Part shown: positions 25,536 through 37,970 of the stretch, piece by piece
Layout of the letters: each line of letters begins with the position of its first letter
How positions within the stretch are numbered: the stretch's first letter is position 1
DNA from: Oikopleura dioica
Lineage: Eukaryota; Animalia; Chordata
Direction of reading: 5' to 3'
Length of the DNA stretch: 64,000 nt
Assembly (NCBI GenBank): GCA_907165135.1
Contig: OU015569.1
Span: 6,696,001 to 6,760,000 of the forward strand
Translations under genes and position numbers: made by a program
Notes under the pieces: model-generated
Told to the model about the DNA's origin: nothing
What the model saw: the letters and a program-made list of their open reading frames with translations, nothing else
Databases searched by the model: none

Positions 25536-25741
25536 TATTCGAAAATTATTGAAAACTCAACTCATCAATTTGAATTTATCACAAGAATAACCCATATTCG
25601 TTGATTCTGCAACTGCTGACATTCAATAATTTTCGCATAAGCCTGATGAAATCTTATGTTGAGTTTATGCTGATTTATTGAGGTACAACGAGACAGTTTT
25701 TGAAAAGACAGTGACACATTCATCTATTTAACTTTAATTTG

Positions 25742-26445
25742 CTATGAGTCTTTTTTGGTTTCCATCAAAGAATCGAAGCTTTTTTTGATGCGCTCCAACA
25801 TTTGGGACCCGTGGCTGTCGTGGAAGTACTTTTTCATCCTTTTCGATAGTTCTTCCCCGTTTTCACCACATACATCGTTTCTTAGGTTGTTCAAGTAAGC
25901 GCAGAGCTTCTTTAACTCGTCATTTTCAACGGAATCGTCTTGACAGGATTCAAGCTTGCTTAGAGTTTCTTTGAATTTCTTCATATCTCGATTTTTCATT
26001 CGAGTAAATTTCGGCTTGTACTTAATTTCCGTCTTACTGCTTGTGGTTGAGTACGATCATTTTAGTCCAGATCTTGCTCTTTTAAAATATCAAATAAAAT
26101 ATCAAATAAAATATCATAATATAAAAAACATAATCAGCCATATTCTTTCGTCTTCTAAAAATCGTTTGCTATGAAAAAAAACTTAGTAACAAATCTCTCA
26201 TCATTTTTCAACCTGAAAAGAATGAAGATAATGGCATCCTGGACGGTCTTATTGCAGTTGCTAAAATCAGAGTGTTGAAGCGTTTTGGTGGTGAATTTTG
26301 GATTTGGAACTCGCTCATGAATATACTTCCATTGCGGTAGCTCAAATCTTAGTCGTGGATCATTTTCTGCCGGGTCGTCCCAGAACTCCCAAGAGTTGGT
26401 ATCCGATAACGCTGGGCAGCTATAATTTAGTAGAACGCAAATCAA
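25742..26445 (-). CDS. Hypothetical protein(s)
   Basis: Protein-like ORFs 25742-25999 (helical, charged) and 26155-26445 on the same strand. Confidence 0.35.
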
Positions 26446-26639
26446 CTCGTTTTTTGGACCGCCACTTTACTATCACTAATCGCACAAGAGAAGACTATTT
26501 TGATTATGCAGCAAAGTGGCGCCCTCCCAAAGAAGTTAATCAGACAAAACTGTTTCCAGTTTTTTTTCTCCGGTGGGAGGATTAATCACATAAATAATTA
26601 ATTTTCAACGCATAAATAAACAAACTAATTAAACATAGA

Positions 26640-28500
26640 CTGATGCGTACTTTGGGTTGGCGTTTTCGTTCTTGAAAAACGGTATATGATCGGTCAAGTG
26701 ACCAGTTATCACCCAGCACTGCTTCACATAGATCGCGTAAGTGATCTTTTTATCGAGTTTGTAGACGCTGTGGTCGCCGAATTTGACCACATCCGGCAAC
26801 TTTGTGTAGTTCCCTTTCCACCAGGAAGATTCATCTAGTCTTCCGTTGAATTCTCTCGCTTTTGCAAAAGAACCTCTCTCTTCGTAATCAATAAGAAAAG
26901 CACTGCAATTCCCACGAGTGTACTTTTTCTCAAAGGCGCATTTGTTGCTCTGTGGACAGAGATCGTAGCCTTCAATTTTTCGAGCGTCTTTTCTGCGTTC
27001 CTTTTTTGGATTAGAAAAAAGAAAAAAATCAAACTTAGAAGCTTAAAAGATTCTAAACCAGTCCCTGGTAGATCTCTTGACAAGAAGAGCCATCCTTGCT
27101 TTTCCAGTTCGAATAATCAACAAGACATTTCAATTTCTTTTTTGGTAGTTTCCTCTTTGTTGTTTTCTTGCTTTTACTTTTCCCTTTATTCGTCTTATCG
27201 GTGTCCGAATAAATCTACAAGACTAATTATTAGTCAGACTGTAACAGACTGTTAACTTAGTGATCATTCAAATAAGTATTTACCTGGCATTGGCACTCCT
27301 TTATTTCACGCTTCGATCTCTTACGGTAGTCATAGTTTCCATATTCGTAGTTATCGCTAGACATCAAATCTGTGATATTATATTCTCTTTGCTGGGTTAA
27401 TATAATTCGAAATTCTTTACTTTTAGCGACAAGATGTCGTTCGCTTTCAGAACCCATCGCCATAATTATTGTCGACTTGTTCGTCATTGTCATTGTATGA
27501 AGAGCTGTAGGACGACGCTGAGTAGTAGTCTTCGTTGTAATCTTTGATACCATCGATTGGTTTCCCGCACGAGTCGCACGCTTTGCAAAGAAATCAAATT
27601 TGACCGATCAATTAAGAGTTTCAGTCACTTTGAGACATTCCTTTGACCATGAACCATGGGCCAGAGCACGTTCCTCGGATACACTGCCTAGTTAACTGCT
27701 GTACTTTTGGGTTCGCTTATTAGGCCTTCTGATCAATTAAACTTTAATGGAACGCGTTCGCCATCTCTTTGATTGACAAGTAAGCTATCTGAGCCTAAGA
27801 TATCTAGACCGCGTACAACTGTACTTAATCCTGTTTAACCCGCTCCTGATATTCATTCTCCGCATTGCAAAATGATTCAGTAGCTTTCCACTCGGACCAA
27901 AGAGGGTCGCCCTTGGGATTTTCTTGGATTTTTTTCCGGCAATGCAGAAATATTTCGTCTTTTCCAATTATGCAGCCTTTTCGGAAGATCATAAATAATG
28001 ACGTTCGAATCTTAAATTTCACATTTCAATGACCGTTTCCGTCGGATGGGTCCATGAATACTTCGGTTTGCAGTCTTCCAACTTCTCTAAATTTTTTCTT
28101 CGACATCGCAGACCTGTAAATATCATTTTATTTTTGCGAACAACGAGAAGAACCAACCTATGACACCGAATTTCGGAAGACAACTTTTATCAGTAAAATA
28201 GCTCTTTATTTCGTCTAGGCCTTTATTTCTTCTCCACTCATGATACTCATCCCTTGTGCCAATGAACTTGCCATATCTTTTGTAGCCAGCCAATTTGCAA
28301 AGAAATTTCCCGATCTTCTTTTTTTTCTTTCCTGTTTTGACTACATCGGGGAGACAAAATGAAAAATATTTTTCACCGGTTGATGTGGTCTTTTGCGAGT
28401 TGAAATATATTCAGCGAAATTTCAACTTGAAATTTTCAAGAGTAGTATTTGATCAACTCAACCATTTCGGCATCAGCACCATGCCGCCATTTCCGTGAGA
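26640..28500 (-). CDS. Cys-rich extracellular protein with TSP1-like W-x-x-W segments and a furin site
   Basis: GDPLWSEWKATESFC, HGSWSKECLK, ACDSCGKP, Thr-rich tract, RKRSKR then ECQCQ; many short introns; ends uncertain. Confidence 0.45.
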
Positions 28501-30534
28501 AAGCGATATCGGCCATTTTGCCTGTTCAGACAAAACCAAGGCCGAAAGAAGACAAAGCGTAGTAAAGAACATGTTGGGTGATCTTCTTCTCACGGCTAGT
28601 GCTACTTCTCTTTAGTAGAATTCTACAAGATGGATGTTCGAGTGGTCAGTCATTTTTTTTGCGTTTTACGAGATTTCAAGCAGTCCAAATATTGGAGCTT
28701 TTTTATATTTCCATAATGCTATACATTTTCCAAAATAAACAAGAATTCAAGAACATCCCCTAGAAAGCGCGTTGAGTCATTTCTCTTCATTTGCTCTTTA
28801 TACGTAGTTTCTCCGTCTGCAGCTATTTTCAGCTATCTGTATTTCGACAAAAAGCGCGATGTAGTGCTCGATCTGGACGAGTTTGTCTCTCCAGCGCCCG
28901 CCTGAGCTGGCTTTCCCGAGCCATCTTATTAGATTAGGCAGTTCACAAGAAGAGAGAGAAGAAAATAGACTATTAATCACGCGCATATTCTCAGTTCCTT
29001 CCGAGCCCGAGGATAAATCTCCATCCTACAGACATCTGTTGATTCTGACACCTCGCCCAAGCGGACAGAATGGAGAGGAGACCTTGACAGCTCAAGTTTA
29101 TCGCTCACCCTTTGTTTTATCGTTCTTTAGAAAGCGGCCAAAGCCTATTTAATTTTCGCCCTTTTGGATAAAGGCTTGTTCCTAATTAAATATTTATCCG
29201 CCCGGAAATATCCCTGGAGACCACCAATAATGGCTCGAATTTATGATACTACCACCAAACTCAAAAATTCATGCTGCTTGATTATCGAATTCATTGATTT
29301 ATAGATGTACTGGACACCGAAAGAAACTGAAATCAACAGAGAGTTATTCAATTTGAAGTGAGCAACAGTGTACCCAAAATGACACGCAAGATTCACACTG
29401 GATGGCAGTTTTTCGGGGCGCTGTTTGAAGACGCCTATCAGAAATTATTTTTTTTATTTTGCGCAGAAATATTCGCGAAGTCGGCAATTTTTGTAATGAA
29501 TGCATTAAAATCTGTTTACAGCATGACTTTTCACTTTGGGCCAAGATCAGCGCCACCTGAAAAAAGTGAGGATTATCCGTGACAAAGATAAGTACCGCTA
29601 ACGGTTTGTGGAATCGGTCGTTTCTACGCGGTATTAACCTGAGAAACATCACCCCTGAGATGGCAAGTAGACCAGAGGATTACCCATTTTTAGCACAATA
29701 TTACAAAGAAGTTATTTCTTCTAACGATATTTACACTGGCTTCTTTTTTTCTAAATTTTTGCATGGAAGGGATTTTAATAGACGTTATTCTCTTCTTATC
29801 AATGCAAACGAAGAAACTTGAATGATAATATTAGTGTCTTCGAATGATAAGGTTCAGAGTAAATTCTGTTTTCAGGAAACGGATCTACTCTTATTTACAA
29901 AAGATTCACTTTTTTCGAAATACGGAATCGCTGTTTGATGAACGGCGATTCCAGAAATGGCAGTGCCTTCTGATCTTTTTGAATTCTAGCATAGCCGGCT
30001 TCTTTCAAGTGGTTTTCTAGTTTGAAAATTGCGTGGAGCGATTTCCTTATCGATAACGTGCCTTCAGATCATGTCATGTTCCAAAAAATTTGTAATTGAA
30101 GCAGTTTTTTATGATCCGTCTTCGTCGTTTTTAAAAATCGCGTCGAGGCAATCGATGAGCAACCATGATTTGTAGACAAAAATGGTGTGCGGTATTTCAA
30201 AAGGGGGAAATTATCAACCGCATTGTCCCAAATTATGACTCCTGCTATACTCTGTCGGATTTAGGCTTCAACTAGGGATTTATTCTTTCCACAAAGAGCC
30301 GTTTGACAACCTCTAAACATTGAGAGAGTGCAGTTAGAATTTAAGTAGATCAGTGTATCTTTTGCGAATTGCCACAACGATCGTTCAAGTAAGAATCAAT
30401 TTTGCTCGGTGAATCGAAAACGTAAAGAGGAAAAGACAACATGTCAAAGCGTTGAACACGAAGTGACAAATTAAATCGTCATTAGATAGCCTTTATTTTC
30501 TCTAGGAAGGGACACGTTATGAACCTCCGTGCAA

Positions 30535-31664
30535 GGCTGCTCCCGCATTTCCCAAAATCCTGGATTTCCCAAATCCTGGATTTCCCAAAATCCTGAATTT
30601 CTCAAATCGCCAAATCAGGATTCTGCCGATTCTGGATTTTGGGAAATGCAGGATTTTTTTTCTTTTGAATTAGTTTTTTTGTTTGGTTCATGGCTGTTGA
30701 TTTCGAGTCCTTTGCTTTTACCCGGCATTTTTTTCCGGGCAACCCGCAGATTTTTCTGCGGGTTACTCGTGCGGAGACCCGTGCGAGTAGATCGAGTAAA
30801 TGGGTAAAGGATAATCGTGAGCTACTCGCGAAAATTTCGCCTAGAAAAAAGAAAATTCGCCTGTATGATTGGCTCGAGAAAAATGGTTGCGGGTAATCAC
30901 GAGCTACTCGGCGGAAAGGAGAAAACAAGTAGGGCGGGTAGCCCGTGAAAAAGAGTCTCCGTGCGAGAAACCCGCTGAAAAATCTGCGGGTTGTCCGGAA
31001 AAAAATGCCGGGTAAAACCAAAGGACTCGAAATCAACAGCCATGGTTTGGTTTAAAAATCAAACCTAAAAAATCAAAGGGCCCACCGACAAGCGCAACAA
31101 ATCGGATCAAGCTATATCGAGGTTAAGCTCGAAAGTGAAGTTTTAAAGGAGTAAAAAATTGTAATTTCACAAAATACTTTCCTTGTAGGGTATTTTTGTA
31201 GATTTTGATTCTGAAAGCGAAAATTATTTAATCTGACCATACAGTATGGTCCATACTTCAAATAAGCCTGACCCTAGACGAGAAAGTTCGGGTACCAATT
31301 GGTACTGTCAACTCAAAATATAGTCCAGAAAAATGTGCCAAGGCAAAAAGAGCAGATTATAGACAGCGCTCGAGGCCCTCGAATCGAAGCATTTTATTGT
31401 TTACAGTAGATTTGCCCTGAAAAATAAGATTTTCAAGAGCTTTAGCGAGGACTATTTTAGTTTTGACAGATTGGTAGAGGAAAACAGTGTTAGTCGACGA
31501 AATTTCAGCTGAATCCTGCATTTCTCAAAATCCTGCTTTTCCCAATCCTGCATTTCCCAAAATCCAGAATCGGCAGAATCCTGATTTGGCGATTTGAGAA
31601 ATTCAGGATTTTGGGAAATCCAGGATTTGGGAAATCCAGGATTTTGGGAAATGCGGGAGCAGCC
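30535..31664. mobile_element. Non-autonomous Mutator (MULE)-like element with 9-bp TSD and ~120-150-bp repetitive TIRs
   Basis: TCCGTGCAA (30526-30534)|GGCTGCTCCCGCATTTCCC ... GGGAAATGCGGGAGCAGCC|TCCGTGCAA (31665-31673); TIRs built from CCCAAAATCCTGGATTT-like units. Confidence 0.9.
30689..31044. mobile_element. hAT-like MITE nested inside the MULE-like element, 8-bp TSD
   Basis: GTTTGGTT (30681-30688)|CATGGCTGTTGATTTCGAGTCCTTTG ... CAAAGGACTCGAAATCAACAGCCATG|GTTTGGTT (31045-31052). Confidence 0.9.
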
Positions 31665-31739
31665 TCCGTGCAACCTTGATCTGACATAATCGAACTCCGG
31701 ATTTGGGAACGTAGTTTTCCCGCTATCAGAAGTTATCGA

Positions 31740-34700
31740 CTAGGATCGAGGTTCGTAAATATTATTTTGCCTTCTTGAGGGTTTTTTGAGATTGGCACTA
31801 GGATAGCTTTGGTGTGTACCTAGTGAATATTGCCGAGAAAATATTCTTACGAAACCATTGGATAGAGCTGTTTCTCTTTCATTGAGAGGAAATTTAAATC
31901 CTTCCGCTTTTTGGATCGCTTTGAATATCACTCTCATTTATTCGACCCTTATCCTTATCAAACATCCCCCACAGAATGTATAATCCCCGCCCCAAAACTG
32001 CGGCTCGAAATACTGCGGACGATTCGCTAAGCAATATTAATTAGTGCAGTGGCAAATTCCGCAGAAATGGAACGTTGAGATGGTCTACAAACTCATAGTT
32101 GCTGGTTGGGCGCACGTTTTTGAATTCCGCCTCTTCGTGAAAATGTATATTATATATAATTTTTAGGGGAGCTTCTAAGGGCAGTTTTTATATTTGGAGA
32201 AAATCCGCTTTTGTTCACCAGAACGCTGTTTTTGTGACTTTTTTTGTGACTGTTTTTGTCCAATAAAGAGCGTTTCGTACAGTCTCGGTGATGGAGAAAA
32301 TACGATTGTTTCAGAGAAATAACGAGATTAGACAGAGTCGAGTGCGTCTTGCAATCATTCGTTACGAGAATAAAACGCATAGAACTGACTTCATCCTTTT
32401 ACCAAATGGGCACTTCTTAAGATCACGTTGGACTATTTGAAAACGGGGCTGGGGGATTAGCTGTGACTGTAATTAGAAATTTTACGCTTTCACTTTTAGA
32501 CCGCGAATCACGTAATAAACACAGTTTGTCCCAATCTCAAGCCACTATTTGACCACTATTAAATACAATGTTCAGTATTTTTTTCGTTATTCAGAAGCTT
32601 AAGTACAACGCAGGGTTGATAAACGCGGACTTATGATTTGGGCTAATCAAGGAGAGCTACGCTTACATAAGAGGATTATGACAAGTTTTAAGCTCGTAGG
32701 ATATTGTGAGATATTTTTAGTGAACGGCTAAGAATCCGACCGAGCACATACCGGGGATACATAACGGAAAGTATGACTTTCTAAAATGCGCTAAAGTCGT
32801 CGCATCTGCTATCGAAGAAAAGAAATGAGCCGAGTTGCAGTTGAAGAATTCCTTGATTTCAATAATTGAAATCGAGAAAAAATGATTTATTGATGCATTT
32901 TGCTAGTTTCGGAACTTTGTACAGGTTTTTACAGAATTGGATTTGTAAAGTATTTACAGGCGAACATTTGTTTTTCAAATTTATCCGTCGTATCCAGCAT
33001 AGTCGTAGTCGTCAAACTGATATGTGTAGTAGTAGGCGAACGCGTCTAAAATATGTAACGAAGAGTAGTTGATTTTTTGCTGACCTTTGTATTGCTCAAT
33101 GAGTTCTTGAAGCTGATCATGATCGTAGTCTTCGGGAAGGTCTAGGGTGTTCAAGTCGAGATCTTCCACTTTCAGGTCCAAGATCTCTCCTCCGCCTGGG
33201 TCGCAAGAGATTAAATTATGAAAACAAAAATTTCACTTACCGAAATCCTTCCCATTACTCTTGTATGCTAGGCAAGATTCCGGATCTCCCGCAACCTGAA
33301 ATGAATTTGAATAAGAATTTCCCTCCGCCCTTGAATTTCTAGAGAGCGAGTTGCTCCTTCTCTAATCACCTTGCACAGTCGTTCGTCAATTTTCCAGTTT
33401 TCAAAGAGATGGAGGAACTGCCACCAGGGAGCTGAGTCGCACTCGACCAGTGACCAGGTGCTTCTTACTCGGGCAGGGCCGGGCTTGCCGGGTTTGCCTG
33501 CTTTCACCTTTCAACCGAGTTTTCTACTTGCTCGCATTCAGTCTATGGTTAGATGCCCCCTTCCCAGAGGAAAGTATATAAAGGGCGCGCGTTTCCTGCA
33601 TTTTTCACATGTCTCTTTCAATCAATGGTGAAGTCAGGCTGGGAAATACCGTACGTCTTCCCCACTGAGGTGAATACTAAGAGTCCCTCAATGATCACTG
33701 ATCAAATCGGTCTACGTTTGAAGACGTGTAAGTGTTGCCGTAAAAGGGGCAAACATAACAGATCCACACAGTATAAAAAATAAGCGTGTGCGCAATATTA
33801 TTCACTAAGCGAAGAAAACATATTGGATTAACGAGCGCTGCTCCCCAAAAAAGACGAAAGGGCTCGATATGACGACAACGGTGCGTTTGGTAAACTCGAT
33901 TCAAGTATTATTGCATACAACATGAGTTCCTCAAGCAGTGGCCGTTTTAATTTTTTTCGAGCTCAAGTGTTGTAAATAGAATTTACTTTGAACCAGAAAA
34001 TAAATTTCGCGAAGCGGCAGAGTTAAAAGAATTTTTTAGGTGCTAAAACGAAGGGTTTATTTTCTCCCGCGGAATGAAAATAAATCCTCTTCGAAATTCT
34101 TCAAAAAAGTCAAAATAATTGATCGATTTGGAATCCAAATTTCGGATAAAACATCTTTTTTTCTAAATGTTATGATTAATCGTTTGTGAACAATATATTA
34201 AATGATGCATAGCGTATGCAGCATACGGTATAAACAATACAACCCTCTCCACCGTAAGATATTGACAATATTTCTAATTCGGCTCCTGAACAACGTCATC
34301 TCCTAAACACATGTCGACGGCAGTGTTACGCAACCGAAATTGCAGCGGGTCGCCATTTTTGAACGTGAAGTCCCACTGCGAGTTAAAGTAGTCGTCGTCA
34401 GATTCTGATGGGCACTCGCGTACACGCACGAATCCGGTGTTATCGTCTGTGTCATGGTTTTCAAGCTACCCTTTTTCAGCCTTGGAAGCTATTTTTCCAC
34501 TCCATCTATTCTACAACTATTGGGGAAACAAAAAAGTTGTAACGCAATTCTAAAGCAAACTGCTTCTCTATCTAGGTCAATGTAATCATTCGATGAATAA
34601 AATGACTATTTGATCAATTTGTATAAGTTTCACTCGAATTCGAAAACGAAACAGCTAAACTACCAATTGGTTGATCCAAAACACGCTCTTTGTTATGGTG

Positions 34701-35345
34701 CTAATCTAATAGCAAGCGAGTCGTTATGAAGCGTATTGCGTTTTCAAGAGTCATTACAAAATGATCAAACATAACATTTGTCAAACTATCTCGGTCTAGA
34801 CTTGCTTTCAACCGTTCCTTTATCTCCAAAAGCATGAAGGCAGACGAAAAAGTCGTCGTAACCGAGTTCCTGGTCAATGTCAAGATATCTCACTTGGTTA
34901 TTTTCTGTTATTTGCCAGGCTTGCGCGTTGGTCGTATCCTAGAAGAAAAAATCTCACGTTTGCGAAAAAACAGTCGATAAGAAAAGCTTCTCAATGAGCA
35001 CTTGAATTGTCGATAGTTTCAATAAACTCGTCGACGACGATAGACGGCGGCACTTACGTTTATCTCCGCGCATTCTTCGGCTTGTGGATAATTAGAGTCC
35101 ACCACCAGGTCCAAGCAGTGCTGCTCGATCACACTTACTATTCGTCCAAAGTTCGAGTCTGTTCGGATGATCTTTGTTCAGAGCTCATTTTAGTCGCCAA
35201 TTACAAAAAATCTTTACTTTGTGCATGCATATTATCGCTTAACAATGTTGATTATAAGCTCAAGCCTGTGGAGTTCCGGGAACGATGGAGTCAAACTCGG
35301 ATCGTCCAAATGAAAAATTTGTCCCGACGGATCCCATTTCTGGCT
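31740..35345 (-). CDS. Multi-exon protein with ricin-B (beta-trefoil) lectin-like repeats and acidic Asp/Tyr-rich segments; may be more than one gene
   Basis: Exonic peptides DSQKWDPSGQI, QHCLDLVVDSNYPQAEEC, FVCLHAFGDKG, VRECPSESDDDYFNSQWDF..LRNTAVDMCL (QxW and CL motifs); YQFDDYDYAGYD. Confidence 0.45.
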
Positions 35346-37534
35346 GTCCTAAAGGCTAAATATAAAAGTAAAATTTCTTACCTGGTTGATTGAGCCGCCC
35401 TCAGTTAGTTTTTTTATGCAGCTTGAAGTAGCTGAATAAACGGTTAATATGGGAAACAGAAAGAATTAATTAATCTTGGGGAAAAGCGTTTATCGCATCT
35501 TTCTGGTGGAGCTAAAATAGCAACGGAATTGCTTCTTAGAGGAATGAACTAATCAGATTTGCTGCGACCGGTAAACGTGGCTGATTTTACTGTAATAGGA
35601 CAATTTAGAGAAAGTGGCGATAAGCACTGAATGAACTTTAAGCGCGTTTTGTCTAAAGAAGGCATCCGGCATTGGGCGAAAATCTACCCCGCGAGTCCGG
35701 GAAAATGGATTGTTAGCATATCGCCCGTTTGTTGTCCCTACAAGGGCTTCTATCCCAAATTTGTTTCACTGCCCTTCCCAAGTGCTTGTTACGAAACTAT
35801 CTTTTTCTATAATCAAAATTTGAGCAAACGGCGCTTTTAATTAAGTTTAATTTTTAAATTAAATTCATTATTTTGCTTATTTTAGCAATCAAATTCGCTG
35901 TTATGAAAACACTCTACAGAACTCTAGCTACTGGAAATAAATCAATCCTAAAGTTTTTGATTTCTTTTAAAACGCAAGTTTCGATTGTATGTCTGACCTG
36001 GATCATCGGCCGATGACAAGTAAAAATCAACAAAAGCTCACCTTTGTCAAATTTTGAATGGCGTCCGGGCGTGTTTTGTAGCTCCGCAGATGATTACGTT
36101 TCTAAACATGAAAATCATCCTCGGAAAATTGAATTATTTATGACAACTGTAAAACTGCTCATTTCATTAAAAAGTCGAAATTGAATTAGTCCAAAAACGA
36201 GTTCAAAAGCAACATTAAAAAACGACAATGTAAAGTCAAGTAGCGGTACATAAAATTAAATGCAAGAACCCGGAAAATGTGCGGTTAGGCCATGTAACGT
36301 GGTTATGAATTCCGCGAAATTTACTATTCGACAAGACGAGTGTGAAATCGAGAGTGAACAAAGCGATTAATTTGCACCGCTTTTTCTCCAGAGCTGTATT
36401 ATTTTTGATCAATCTATTTGAACTGGTTTGTGATGGGAACATTCGATCAAGCTCAATTTTAGCTCGTTACCGCGTAAATGAAGCAGATCGCTAAACTTCA
36501 GAATATCAAATTTATTTTGTCTGACTACAAACCCACAAAATTCAGAAAGAAATGAGAAAGAATTTTTCTACGAAGTGACATAATTCGAGCTTTGGAAATG
36601 TGTTAAATGAAGTTCACGTTTGGTGCTTGTTGCGCTGCTGAATCTCAAGTCCTTTTGGAAGAGCGCAATTTCGGGGTGTTTTTATCTCTCTCCTGTTTCG
36701 TAAGTGAGTGGAGAGTAAGACTTTCTTTCAGAGAAGGCAACGTTTACGTCCTACTTCAAACATTTTTGGATTTGGATTTTTGGAAATTTGGAGACAAATT
36801 TCCCTTTGTAGAAAGAGTTGGTACAGTCATTCATTGACATATCATAATATAGTAACCATATCATCTAGCGATCTAAAAAATCAGAGTCGTTAGCAATTTT
36901 GTTTTCGTAACTTAAAAATCGCATACTTTCGTGAAAGGAAAGTTAATCTACTTTCTGTCATTTTTGTGATCAAATCGAATGTTTAGTGGACGGTTTGGAT
37001 TGCCAACAACTTCAATTCCATGTTCACCAACTAAGCACGAATAACACGGCCTCTGTTTATCCCTGCAAAATGTATAGCAATGTTTTAGCGAGTATTTCCC
37101 CGAAGATGATGCTAAACGGTCTCATCTTGTGATCTTTTTATTGACTACAAAGTAGTAGCCTCTTCTCTCCTTAACCCAACAATATTTGCCCATAATACAT
37201 TGAGGTTCTTCGCCAGTTATGAAATATTTTGGGCTTTTATTCGGTGTTTTTTATTTTGTTAGAGTCTCAATCTGCTGATATTGAAAGCAAAGGGATTTCT
37301 CTCTTTTTTACGAAATAAACGATTAAGCCTGATCATAATTTTTTCGCTGAAATTAAAGTAAAGATTAATTCTCGGAAATCATTTAGAAACGTCGAAGAAA
37401 AAAAAAGCGTTTTCGAACGACTTTCGAGATTTTTTATGGAAATGCAAAGCGAGTTCGAGGATCTTTCCACAGTCTGGACTGAAGAGTATGTGTTGATAAG
37501 AACAATATGGCTTTGAATTAGAAGATACCGTCTA

Positions 37535-37970
37535 CACTGTGTAGTTAGTCGAGTTAGAGCCCTATAATCCGGATCCTGGTTGAGCTAAGCGTGTTTTATG
37601 GCAAACGTTGCGCGTTTTGGTTATCTCAGCTTGGCAACGATCACTTTTTTAAAGCTTTTCCAATTTGGGAAGAAAATAAACTCGCCCCAAAAACGTGCTC
37701 CCTAGATTGGGTGTAATTGATTCATTCAACTGCCCAAACAGAACACGTAAACTTCGAGAAAACTCCTCATTTCTAACTCCCTCAAAATGAACAAAGCAAA
37801 AAACCTCAATAAAACAAATCGAGACTGATAGCATTAACTCCGTCACATAAAATAGTCCAACCGCATCCCCAACCGCCCAAACGTAACTTGTTTTTAGCCG
37901 ACGTCAGCAATTTCGCATCTAATATTTCCATCTGCCTCTCTAAAATTAAATAAGACAATGCTACACAGTG
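37535..37970. mobile_element. Putative Tc1/mariner-type MITE with short TIR and TA TSD
   Basis: TA|CACTGTGTAG ... CTACACAGTG|TA, perfect 10-bp inverted termini 436 bp apart; interior non-coding. Confidence 0.5.

Noticed and set aside
30529-31687. ORFs 30529-30807, 30602-31036, 31452-31673 and 31505-31687
   Set aside because: They are translations of TIR repeats of the nested transposons, with near-identical peptides on both strands
31452-31740. Exonisation of the MULE TIR as a new C-terminus of the upstream minus-strand gene
   Set aside because: The best-spliced upstream frame stops at ~31737, before the insertion, and the frame running into the TIR is preceded by a stop
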